23,416 nucleotides of DNA from Bdellovibrionota bacterium (GTDB lineage Bacteria > Bdellovibrionota_C > UBA2361 > JBGSMV01). Below are positions 8,174-16,538 of the stretch, in pieces. The notes beneath the pieces are model-generated. The model did not search any database. It was not told where the DNA came from and was given only the letters and a program-made list of their open reading frames with translations. The stretch lies in NCBI GenBank assembly GCA_041739995.1, contig JBGSMV010000081.1, positions 1 to 23,416 on the forward strand, in the 5' to 3' direction. The translations under genes were made by a program, and so were the position numbers. Each line of letters starts with the position of its first letter. The first letter of the stretch is position 1.

Positions 8174-8902
8174 ATGGTTTTCCCGCGACCTTCCGCTCAC
8201 CGCTTAAGCCCCAAACAACCATTGCTTTGCGAGGCTCACCCTGAAGATGTCTCCGAAACTGAGCTCAAGGTCCTCGTCATCAATGGCAGCAGCGAGATGG
8301 CGAAGGAGATTTCGCTGCAGCTTACCTTAAGCATTCCCGGCTGCTCCATCATGTACGCCCCCTCGATTGAACTCGCGCAACTTATTCTGGCAAGGCGCGA
8401 GGTGAATCTGATCGTCTCGAGCACGGTTCTTCCCGACGGTGGTGCCTCCCGCCTGCAAAGCATTCTACAAAAGTACATGAGCAGAACACCGCAGCGAGTC
8501 GCTCCAACTCTCGTGCTTGTGGGGGAAGCGCCCTCAAGTCTGCTTGGGCAACTTGCACGCGATGGGTATGACGTTTCTCATATGCGCAGAGTCGCTCCTC
8601 TTAACCAAATTCCAGAGAATGCCTTTCATTCTCTAAACGGACAGGTCTTGAGTCGCAGTACGCTGAGAGACAAGTCCTTGGTACGCCCTTCGGCGCTCAA
8701 GTCTCTTGGGGCCGATCTGCGCAACGACCTCAACAACCCTCTGCAAGAGATAGTAGCGATGGTCTTTGTTGCTCGCTCATCCGCACAGGGTGAGACCGGA
8801 GTTACCTCCAAAGCACTAGATGCCATCGATCAGGCCGCGAAGAACATGGCGACAGTCGTCAAGGGGCTCGAGGAAAAAATTTCGTCTGCGGTAGCTCGCT
8901 AA
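8174..8902 (+). CDS. Pseudo-receiver domain fused to a HisKA-like dimerization helix pair lacking the phospho-His; no ATPase domain
   Basis: LKVLVINGS...NLIVSSTVLPDGG follows the REC pattern without its Asp residues. LRNDLNNPLQEI follows the H-box AHELNNPL with His replaced by Asn. Confidence 0.75.
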   Translation: MVFPRPSAHRLSPKQPLLCEAHPEDVSETELKVLVINGSSEMAKEISLQLTLSIPGCSIMYAPSIELAQLILARREVNLIVSSTVLPDGGASRLQSILQKYMSRTPQRVAPTLVLVGEAPSSLLGQLARDGYDVSHMRRVAPLNQIPENAFHSLNGQVLSRSTLRDKSLVRPSALKSLGADLRNDLNNPLQEIVAMVFVARSSAQGETGVTSKALDAIDQAAKNMATVVKGLEEKISSAVAR

Positions 8903-8983
8903 CCGGCAGATTTCTAGCTCTTTTTACCCAACGCCCCTGCTTTAGTAGATCCTCGAATCTAGGTACTCTCCATCAATTAATAA

Positions 8984-10033
8984 GTGGCGCGCGCTTTTGC
9001 CGCCTTGGTATTGCCCTTTCTCGGAGGGGCTCGCGATAGTCTTTTACTGGTGAACCAAATGACCGGTCCCTCAGAAGAACCTGAGAACGCTCCAGATCGC
9101 CGTGATGGATCGGACCCGCTTCGCTTTCCGCCCGAGCCCCTATCACTTAATCACTTGGCTGTTCCTTCTCTCGGTCGCGCGGTCAAACAAGAGGACGTCG
9201 ATCGGGTCGCACGACTGTGTGGAGTACTCGATCGAGAAGAAAAATGTCCTGAGCTACTTAAGCGCATCGGAGCCACCCAACACCTTGACGCCTACTCTGC
9301 TGAGGAGCGGAACTCCTGGCAGAGTTTGACGACAAACTTCGAGCAGCGCGCATTCCATGAAGCTGGCTGCGTTCGAGCAAGCCGTGCCGCGTTGGGAATC
9401 ACCAGCGCCGAAATTCCCTCGATCGCCGCAGTGAGTGAAAGAGCACATCGAATTTGTAAGTGGGAAGTAGTAGGAGTACCGGGGTATTTACCCCCTGACA
9501 TTCTCGCTCAACTACTTTCTGAAAGAGTCTTGCCGGTAGTAATCGGAATTCGCCCGGCACTTCCGGACCTTACCGCCCCTTCGAAAGAGGTTGAGGACTG
9601 CTTTAATCAGCCTACATTTGATACCGACATTGCTACTGATCTGTGGGGCATTGCTCCTCTGCTTGGAATTCCTGACGTGGCTCGCTTTCTGCAACGCTGG
9701 GGCCAACTTGGTCATGCAGCCTTCTTAGATGAAAAATCTCACCGTCAAGCTGAACGAATTGACAACCTTGCTTCTCTCTTCTTCTTCACCATTGCCCACG
9801 GTCTAATAGTTGAGGACGGAAAAGTCAGAACGTATGGTGGTGCCTTTGCCGTCGACGACGCCACGTTCGATTCCTCGAAAGCAAGTGTAGAACAGCTTTG
9901 TCTGACTAGAGCCCTACAAGCGGAATCCCCCATCCATCTTCGAACACCTCCAACTCTGTTCCGAGTCAACACATTTAGTACTTTGAATGCGGTGCTGCAT
10001 CGATTCCAGAGGGAGTCAGGACTGCCTGATTAG
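8984..10033 (+). CDS. Phenylalanine-4-hydroxylase (biopterin-dependent aromatic amino acid hydroxylase)-like protein, predicted iron-free and inactive
   Basis: YSAEERNSW, LGITSAEIP, WEVVGVPGYLP, DIATDLWGIAPLL, FFFTIAHGL and VRTYGGA align colinearly with PhhA motifs. The true start is probably GTG 9050 or ATG 9059. Confidence 0.8.
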   Translation: MARAFAALVLPFLGGARDSLLLVNQMTGPSEEPENAPDRRDGSDPLRFPPEPLSLNHLAVPSLGRAVKQEDVDRVARLCGVLDREEKCPELLKRIGATQHLDAYSAEERNSWQSLTTNFEQRAFHEAGCVRASRAALGITSAEIPSIAAVSERAHRICKWEVVGVPGYLPPDILAQLLSERVLPVVIGIRPALPDLTAPSKEVEDCFNQPTFDTDIATDLWGIAPLLGIPDVARFLQRWGQLGHAAFLDEKSHRQAERIDNLASLFFFTIAHGLIVEDGKVRTYGGAFAVDDATFDSSKASVEQLCLTRALQAESPIHLRTPPTLFRVNTFSTLNAVLHRFQRESGLPD

Positions 10034-10075
10034 TGAGCTTCGCCTCGCTTTTCAACCAGCTCGCGAAAAATTTGT

Positions 10076-11848
10076 TTATTTCGAGGAGCTGGCAGCCTGA
10101 AGATTTGCCTGCACCTCGGTCTTCCCGTTAAAAGTGCTCACATCAGGTCGGAAAACTACATCGACTTCTGCACCGACAACGAGCGCAGGGTGAGTTGGCT
10201 GCCTCCACATCAGGCCGCTTATTTTTGCCTTTCCATCGCTTAAGATCGCTTTTAAATGCGCACTTTTAAGCGTCCGCACGTCAACCACCCGTAGTTTACG
10301 CACCAGCAACTGAGGGCTGGGGTTGCCCATACCAAACGGTGCTAGTCGCCGCAGCTCATCTACCAATTTAATTGAAAGGTCGGACAGTGAAACCTCAGCA
10401 TCGGCCTCAGCAACAGGCGAAATTTCTAGCGTCTTTAGGCGCTTCTCGCACTCTGAAATAAACGCTTCTATAAATGGCTCCACCCGAGCGGCTTTAACGG
10501 AGAAACCTCCTGCGCCTTCGTGTCCTCCGAACTTGATGAGTTCTCCCTTAACCGCTCCAAGCGCATCAACGACGCTAAATCCCTTGATGCCTCGAACTGA
10601 TCCTTTGAAGATGCCTGCCTTATCAAGTCCCATTACAATGGACGGACGGTAAAACATTTCTACCAAGCGCTGCGCCACAATCCCGACTACTCCGGTATGA
10701 AAGCGCTCATCCCAAGCAACGAGTCCGGCGGGCAACCCAACCGACTCGTACCGTTTTCGAAGCTGCTCAACTGCTCGGTCCTTAACTTTAAGTTCGGTCT
10801 CTTGTCGCTCAGCGTTCAAGCGGTTCAAGGTGTTCGCCACCTTATCTGCTCGCGCTCTGTCGTCAGTGGTAAGCAGATCAATGACGATTTCCCCATGCAC
10901 CATTCGGCCGGCAGCATTGAGGCGTGGTCCCACACCAAACGATACCTCATGGCAGCTCACTGTTTCTTTACAGCCCACCATCTTTTTCAATGCCAATAAA
11001 CCCGGACGATCCGTAACCCCTAGAAGCTCGAGCCCACGTTTCGCAATCACTCGATTGGGGCCACGCAGTGGCACCATGTCGCAGATCGTTCCAAGACAAG
11101 CGAGATCAAGATAGGTCCGCGCCTCTGGTAAATCTCTCCCCGGATTTCGTTTTAGAAATGCTGGTCTAAGACCCGCAATGAGATACCAAGCCAACCCCGC
11201 GGCACTCAAAACGCCGCCAGCGAATCCACAAGATGCTTGCTGAGGGTTAATGAACACATCGCTGGACGGTCGGTGATCGCCGACATGATGGTGATCGATA
11301 ACGATTGTTTTAAGTCCGAGACTTCTAGCAACCTCAAGCTCCGCCTGATTGGTGGTTCCAAAGTCGATCGTTATCAACAATCCAAAACCTTGGGAGGCAA
11401 TAGAGCGAACCATGTCAGAGTTCAGCCCATAGCCTTCCTCGAAGCGGTCGGGCACAAAGACGCCGACCTCTGCGCCGCAAGCTCTTAAAAAATGCACGAC
11501 TTGGGATCCGCCTGAGAGCCCGTCGACATCGAAGTCGCAGCAAATCGCTATCGCCTTTCCCTGAGCTATGAAATCGATAATCAACTCGCTCGCAGAGTCG
11601 AGATTAGTAAGTGCCGAGGGATGCGGGAGGCCGGACTTTAAGGTCGGCTCCAGGTAATCGCCTAGATCTTTCCCTGGCTTGAATCCCCGAGACGCTAGAA
11701 TGCGTCCGGCAATAGAACTTAGCTGATACTCGCTGCTGATACGCTCTGCGATTTGGGGCTTCTGAGCTCTAAGATTGATTCTCTTATGGGCAGTAACAAA
11801 CGGAGTGCTTGAGTCGGGAGTTAATAACTTCTTGGGAACTGCAGACAT
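10076..11848 (-). CDS. recJ: Single-stranded DNA-specific exonuclease RecJ
   Basis: DFDVDG, PDRFEEGYG, DHH, GTICDMVPL, GPRLNAAGR, GSVR, FGGH, LAPFGMGNP. Confidence 0.97.
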   Translation of the reverse strand: MSAVPKKLLTPDSSTPFVTAHKRINLRAQKPQIAERISSEYQLSSIAGRILASRGFKPGKDLGDYLEPTLKSGLPHPSALTNLDSASELIIDFIAQGKAIAICCDFDVDGLSGGSQVVHFLRACGAEVGVFVPDRFEEGYGLNSDMVRSIASQGFGLLITIDFGTTNQAELEVARSLGLKTIVIDHHHVGDHRPSSDVFINPQQASCGFAGGVLSAAGLAWYLIAGLRPAFLKRNPGRDLPEARTYLDLACLGTICDMVPLRGPNRVIAKRGLELLGVTDRPGLLALKKMVGCKETVSCHEVSFGVGPRLNAAGRMVHGEIVIDLLTTDDRARADKVANTLNRLNAERQETELKVKDRAVEQLRKRYESVGLPAGLVAWDERFHTGVVGIVAQRLVEMFYRPSIVMGLDKAGIFKGSVRGIKGFSVVDALGAVKGELIKFGGHEGAGGFSVKAARVEPFIEAFISECEKRLKTLEISPVAEADAEVSLSDLSIKLVDELRRLAPFGMGNPSPQLLVRKLRVVDVRTLKSAHLKAILSDGKAKISGLMWRQPTHPALVVGAEVDVVFRPDVSTFNGKTEVQANLQAASSSK

Positions 11849-11887
11849 CCAGCGACCACACCATCGGATAAAGGAGTCTCGATCATA

Positions 11888-12403
11888 TCACGCAGCGAGC
11901 GAGAAATCATCGTTACGATCCCCGTCCAGTAGGCTTCTCCTACCTTCGGCCATAACTCGCTGAACTGTATCGGCAGCGAGTGCCACAATGGTCTTCTCAA
12001 GGCCTTCCATGGAGCGAATAAGCTCGTCCATTTTACGGCGACTGCCTTCATCTTGACCTAAGCTAGGCTCTAACTCTGCGAGGCGATGCAAGATCTTACT
12101 CTCGGTCTCAAGTATCGCGCTGCTGGTGTGTGCAGCAATCGCTGGCGGAAGTCTCATGGAGAGATTCTCCAACATCCCGTCATAATGCTTAAGAATTTGC
12201 TCTCTGCGATGAGAGGTGAGTCCCTCAATCCGGCGCACCAGGCCGTACATCTCCTTATGAAGAACGTTCCGCTCACGAGCAGATGAACGGATACTCACAA
12301 GAACCGCGACGGCCACAAGCAATTGCAACCCTATGAACAGCCCAAGCATGCCGACTACGAGGAAACCAACCGCATCCTGAGAGAGATAGGAGAGACCTTC
12401 CAT
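11888..12403 (-). CDS. Hypothetical N-terminally membrane-anchored helical/coiled-coil protein with an ssrA-like C-terminus
   Basis: Long hydrophobic N-terminal segment, heptad-rich helical body, ends ...DRNDDFSLAA; 39 bp upstream of recJ on the same strand. Confidence 0.75.
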   Translation of the reverse strand: MEGLSYLSQDAVGFLVVGMLGLFIGLQLLVAVAVLVSIRSSARERNVLHKEMYGLVRRIEGLTSHRREQILKHYDGMLENLSMRLPPAIAAHTSSAILETESKILHRLAELEPSLGQDEGSRRKMDELIRSMEGLEKTIVALAADTVQRVMAEGRRSLLDGDRNDDFSLAA

Positions 12404-12659
12404 ACACGCGCACCAAACCTATTTAGAAATCCACCGACAACGCTCTCCACCCTGCACTGGCACTTGACACTGGCGCATCTAAGGGGCCGGAAAGACTTTG
12501 AAACCTTCAATACACAAAGTCCCTTAGGAGGGGGCCTTTCTGGTGAGATGTCTCAGTGAGATACCCTAGATTTAGATGCTGGCCGCAGGCCGAGAGATAC
12601 ATCCGTGTTAACCTGATTTAGCCCTCTCTTGCAGGCGCCCTAGGCCAATCGGCCTCCCT

Positions 12660-13133
12660 TCAGAAACCCCGGGCCTTAAGAAGCTGCTCGACCTCCCTAA
12701 GAGGGGCTTCATACCCAGGCAAGCGCTTCGCCTCAGCGCGGGCACGGACATCCTCAGGCTTACACCAGCAGAATTCATCAAACTCTGGAGAGAAGCGATT
12801 GAGCTCTATCTCAGAGTCAGCTCCGATAAACTCCAGCACGAAGAAAGTCTGCTGCTGGCCTCTGAATTTACCAACGGCATACTCCGGTGGAACCGCCCAG
12901 TCGTAAGCGTGTGTGGAATTTAAGCGCTGGATCACCTTTAAGGACGAAAGTGAAACCCCAAGTTCCTCGTGCGCTTCTCTAAGCGCATTCTCTTCCAAAG
13001 TCCCCTGCTCCTCGACTCCGCCCTGCGGCAGCTGCCAAACCTGAGGCTGTCCATGGCGTCGCCCAAGAAAGATCAATCCGGCTAAGTTCAGCACAAAGAG
13101 GCAAACATTGGGGCGAAGTGGGAGCTGCGACAT
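12660..13133 (-). CDS. rppH: RNA pyrophosphohydrolase (Nudix, RppH/NudH)
   Basis: LRPNV, WQLPQGG, Nudix box GGVEEQGTLEENALREAHEELG, FRGQQQ, PEFD. Confidence 0.9.
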   Translation of the reverse strand: MSQLPLRPNVCLFVLNLAGLIFLGRRHGQPQVWQLPQGGVEEQGTLEENALREAHEELGVSLSSLKVIQRLNSTHAYDWAVPPEYAVGKFRGQQQTFFVLEFIGADSEIELNRFSPEFDEFCWCKPEDVRARAEAKRLPGYEAPLREVEQLLKARGF

Positions 13134-13138
13134 AACCC

Positions 13139-14698
13139 CTACTCTACTCTTTCAAGTTCACTCCCGGCAATAATTCCGCCACGCGCGAATTGCTGAACTT
13201 GTTCTCGTCCGGAGATATAATGCCCGCTCTCGGTAACCCGCTCTTGAATCTCACTAATCGGCAACTTCTCCGCTAGAAATGCCTGGACCAAGCGGTCAAA
13301 AACAAGCAGTTCTGCGATGAGCACTCGCCCAGAGAATCCGCGGTATGAACACACGCTACAACCGACCGATCGAACAATCTCAAATCCAACCCGCTGCGAG
13401 CCCTGCAAATCAATCACTCGACACGCCGCACAAATTTTGGGAACCAACCGCTGATGTACTATCAGTCGCACTGCCTGAAAGCTCAGATCGTCTTGTATGC
13501 CAAGCATCCTAAGACGCGGCAGGACATGGAAGACGCTGGCCGCATGCACAGTCGAGAGCACTAGGTGACCGCTCATGGCCGCATGAATCGCCATAGAGGC
13601 GCTCTGCGCAGTGCGGAGTTCTCCCAACATAATAGCGTCGGGGTCCTGCCGCAGAGCTCCTCTAAGGCCCGCTTCATAGTCTAAGCCCTGCAACTCATTA
13701 AGTGATGTCTGTGAGACTCCATCAATAGTCACCTCAACCGGATCCTCTATGCTGCTGACTACCTGCCCGCGTGCAACAAGTTCGCGAACAATTGAGTATA
13801 GAGTAGTAGACTTGCCGCTTCCGGTAGAGCCGCAAAACAACACAGCGCCTTCATTGCCTCCAAGCATCTCGCGCAAGTGAGCAAGTACCCCTGCTGGCAA
13901 TCCAAGTGCGTCGAGGCTTGGAATAAGGCTACTACTGGCAAGTCTGAGTACGATTCTTTCACCGTGCTGCGTAGGCATACAGCTCACTCGCACTTGTCCG
14001 AACGGTACTTCGGTCGCTAGATTTGCATTCCCGAGCACCAACCCACTCCGCAGCACTCCATCTTGGGGGCGAAACCTATTAGTCACGTCGAGCGAGGAGA
14101 GCACTTTAATGTGACGCACTAAGTGCTCATGCTGGGCAAAGGAAGCGATTGGATCGCTCCGATCGAGCATCTCACCATCTACGCGAATGCTGAGGCAGGT
14201 CCCTCTTGGAGTAGGTGTGAGATGAACATCAGAGGCACGCTGGGCGTATGAGTAGCGCAGTAGTGCTCTTACAAATACCGGAATCTCGGACTCGGAATGA
14301 GCATGCTTAATCAGAGGAGGCGGAGGAGTTACCATCTCAGCCGCTCGAAGCGCAGCCAGGTGAGATTCAAGCATTGCCGTATCTCCGCAATAGGCAACAA
14401 ACTGAGCCGCATGAAGCTCTTCTTCTCCTACTTCTACCGCTTTAATCTTTAACCCCGTAGAGAATCGCAGCGCAGAGCGCACTTCTGGAATTCGTGATTT
14501 CACGCAAGCCACCACCAGACTCTTGCCGTCTTTAGTGACGATAACTCCTACCGGAAGAACTTCGAGTTGCTTGGCAAGATCATAGGGCACAAGTGCTCGC
14601 GCCTCAGCGCTAGAGCAACGCGCAAGACTCCTCGCTCGAGGGTCTTGGACGATGCTCCTTCCAGGATGACGCGTAGAGTCGCTTGTTGAATTGCTCAT
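13139..14698 (-). CDS. GspE/PulE/PilB family secretion or pilus assembly ATPase
   Basis: N-terminal N1-like domain, ASDVHL, PQDG, GERIVLRL, Walker A GSTGSGKST, Asp box EDPVE, LRQDPDAIMLGELR, His box GHLVLSTVHA, CxxC...CxxC zinc motif. Confidence 0.93.
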   Translation of the reverse strand: MSNSTSDSTRHPGRSIVQDPRARSLARCSSAEARALVPYDLAKQLEVLPVGVIVTKDGKSLVVACVKSRIPEVRSALRFSTGLKIKAVEVGEEELHAAQFVAYCGDTAMLESHLAALRAAEMVTPPPPLIKHAHSESEIPVFVRALLRYSYAQRASDVHLTPTPRGTCLSIRVDGEMLDRSDPIASFAQHEHLVRHIKVLSSLDVTNRFRPQDGVLRSGLVLGNANLATEVPFGQVRVSCMPTQHGERIVLRLASSSLIPSLDALGLPAGVLAHLREMLGGNEGAVLFCGSTGSGKSTTLYSIVRELVARGQVVSSIEDPVEVTIDGVSQTSLNELQGLDYEAGLRGALRQDPDAIMLGELRTAQSASMAIHAAMSGHLVLSTVHAASVFHVLPRLRMLGIQDDLSFQAVRLIVHQRLVPKICAACRVIDLQGSQRVGFEIVRSVGCSVCSYRGFSGRVLIAELLVFDRLVQAFLAEKLPISEIQERVTESGHYISGREQVQQFARGGIIAGSELERVE

Positions 14699-14955
14699 TG
14701 TGTTAAACTCGCCGAAATTTTCTTAAGCTTTCGACCAGCAAGAGACTCGGGATCCCCTGCGCTTACTCAATAGTTCCTTGTCTTTTGAGCGCAAGGCATC
14801 GAGGCACACGAAGGTCCCTGACGCGCTTCTCTGAATCGATCTTTTCTAAATCACGGCTGAATTATCGGAGATAACGGGCAAAAGTTGCTGGCGGGGCAGG
14901 AAGCCCGTGCGTACAGGAATGGGGGTAAGGGAGGTGATGGCAGAGTTCGCTGAGA

Positions 14956-15453
14956 CTATTCCTCTGGAATACTCTCCCAGCCCAGCTCATCGGCAAGCGC
15001 CTCTCTAAACCAGCTCTGCTGGGCAGCGATAAGCTTAAAGTTGTAATCCAATTCGTCTACGGTCAAACCGGCTACTCCTAGGGTAGAACTAAGTACCAGA
15101 TAGTGCCCCACCAGGCTGACCTTAATCCCCACTAACCCGTCGGCGATCTGAAGTGCTGCGGCAAGCACGTCGTTGCCACCGCGGACCGGCACCGTAACCA
15201 CGTTAACTCCCATATAAATGGTAGTTTCAGCGGAGACTTTTATCCCTTCGATAAGAACTTCAAGCTCCTCATCACTCCCGATACGCATCATCCAGCGCAC
15301 ATGATCGGGGGTGCGCTGCTGCTCGCACTTATCAGGATCATACCCACGCCGAAGAATGAATTCCTCAACCAGGCGAACGGGGTCCTTGCCGCCAGTAATC
15401 TTGCGGATGTTGAGCGCGGAGAATTTACGAACCTTTGCCATCTCTAATTTCAC
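14956..15453 (-). CDS. YbjN / type III secretion chaperone-fold protein
   Basis: Size and alpha-beta3-alpha-beta2-alpha pattern (LVEEFILRRGY...WMMRIGS...LTVDELDYNFKLIA...LADELG) are typical of YbjN/CesT-like proteins. The start could be ATG 15441. Confidence 0.6.
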   Translation of the reverse strand: MKLEMAKVRKFSALNIRKITGGKDPVRLVEEFILRRGYDPDKCEQQRTPDHVRWMMRIGSDEELEVLIEGIKVSAETTIYMGVNVVTVPVRGGNDVLAAALQIADGLVGIKVSLVGHYLVLSSTLGVAGLTVDELDYNFKLIAAQQSWFREALADELGWESIPEE

Positions 15454-15896
15454 AATATGTCGTAACGCGTCGCTGCCATCCTACTCTGTGGACACTCCAT
15501 GCGCTGACTCAAGCGACGACTAAGACAAGATATCCCATGTTCTACCGATTCGTGACTTATGTAGTCTGCCAGCTAGAGTTCCTAAACGCGAGGTGCCACT
15601 CGTGCATCCACAGATGTAACTAACTGAAAGATATATAAAATCTCCGGCGACGAAGAGGTTAGTGTCGACTTACCTAGAAACGCTGTTTTAAATTCTCTTT
15701 TTCGATTTTTGCAGCCAGCTACTACGCCAAGCTCTCTGATTAGAAACCGAACTAGCATGCCGGTTGCCACTCTATCTCCTTGTAATAACGCACTATTTAA
15801 GTCGCTAACGAAGGGAGCGAAATGCCCCGAGCTACCCCTACCCTTCGCCAAATGTACCAACTAAGCAAAATTACCACTCACCCTGCAAAAAGCACT

Positions 15897-15923
15897 TAAG
15901 TTCTGCCCAGCGCTCGTCGAACA
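15897..15923 (+). promoter_or_regulatory. Sigma28 (FliA)-type promoter for flgM
   Basis: TAAG-N15-GTCGAACA against the consensus TAAA-N15-GCCGATAA, with exact 15-nt spacing, upstream of flgM. Confidence 0.55.
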
Positions 15924-16066
15924 CTAACCCTTGGAAAGGATTCTCGTCGTACGGCCACGGAGAGGCTGCGTAGTAGGAAGTCTGGGATACCCCATATCGC
16001 TTCGATAGTAATCGGGTTCGATTACTGAACGGTAAGGAGGCATCCGTGTCAAGGACGAGGTGAAAC

Positions 16067-16354
16067 ATGGCAATTCGAAACATTACCGATCCTTCGGGGT
16101 CGTTCGTTACATCAACTGAAATCGCTAAGAACAAAGACGCTACGGAAGTAGTGAGTCAAGACCGCGTGCAAACGTCTCGACAAAACGCCGAGGCATTCAC
16201 GCTCTCGAATGACTTTGGAAGTGGTGATTCAGCAGAAGCCGCAAAGCGCGCTGAAAGAGTGCAAGAGTTGAAAGCTCAGAATGTGGCCGGCACTTTGAAG
16301 CCAGCCGACAGTCTTCTTGTGGCAAGCAAACTAATCCAAGAGCTCCTGATCTAA
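16067..16354 (+). CDS. flgM: Flagellar anti-sigma28 factor FlgM
   Basis: 95 aa, disordered N-terminus, C-terminal RAERVQELKAQNVAGTLKPADSLLVASKLI matching FlgM (R-E[KR]V-ELK-I-AG-Y-vD--IA-KL); GAGGTG SD. Confidence 0.8.
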   Translation: MAIRNITDPSGSFVTSTEIAKNKDATEVVSQDRVQTSRQNAEAFTLSNDFGSGDSAEAAKRAERVQELKAQNVAGTLKPADSLLVASKLIQELLI

Positions 16355-16441
16355 GATCAGCATCGGGCTCGTGCGGTGAGGTTCGCCCCACTCACTGACA
16401 CATTTCAGCCGAGATATGCCCCGCACACCGCCGCCTGCATG

Positions 16442-16530
16442 CCATCGCAATCGAGTATTTGCGCGGAAAACTTGATTAGCGATGGAATGTTCTCCATAAA
16501 AGACTTCTGGCTTTTATGCAGAGGAGAACA
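16442..16530 (+). promoter_or_regulatory. Two tandem long hairpins; the second pairs with the GAGGAG SD of the next ORF
   Basis: Hairpin 1: ccatcgc-aatcgagt / acttgatt-a-gcgatgg (16442-16485). Hairpin 2: tgttctc-cataaaag / cttttatg...gagaaca (16488-16530). Confidence 0.5.
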
Positions 16531-16538
16531 GGCAGAAA

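Noticed and set aside
14862..14888. Sigma28 promoter for the GspE/PilB gene (minus strand GCAA-N15-TCCGATAA)
   Set aside because: Good -10 but poor -35 match; not enough to call.
15435..16134. ORFs 15435-15623, 15582-15860, 15871-16134 and a 25-aa sORF near 15822
   Set aside because: No recognisable motifs. They overlap real genes or the flgM promoter and leader, and the region reads as a divergent regulatory spacer.
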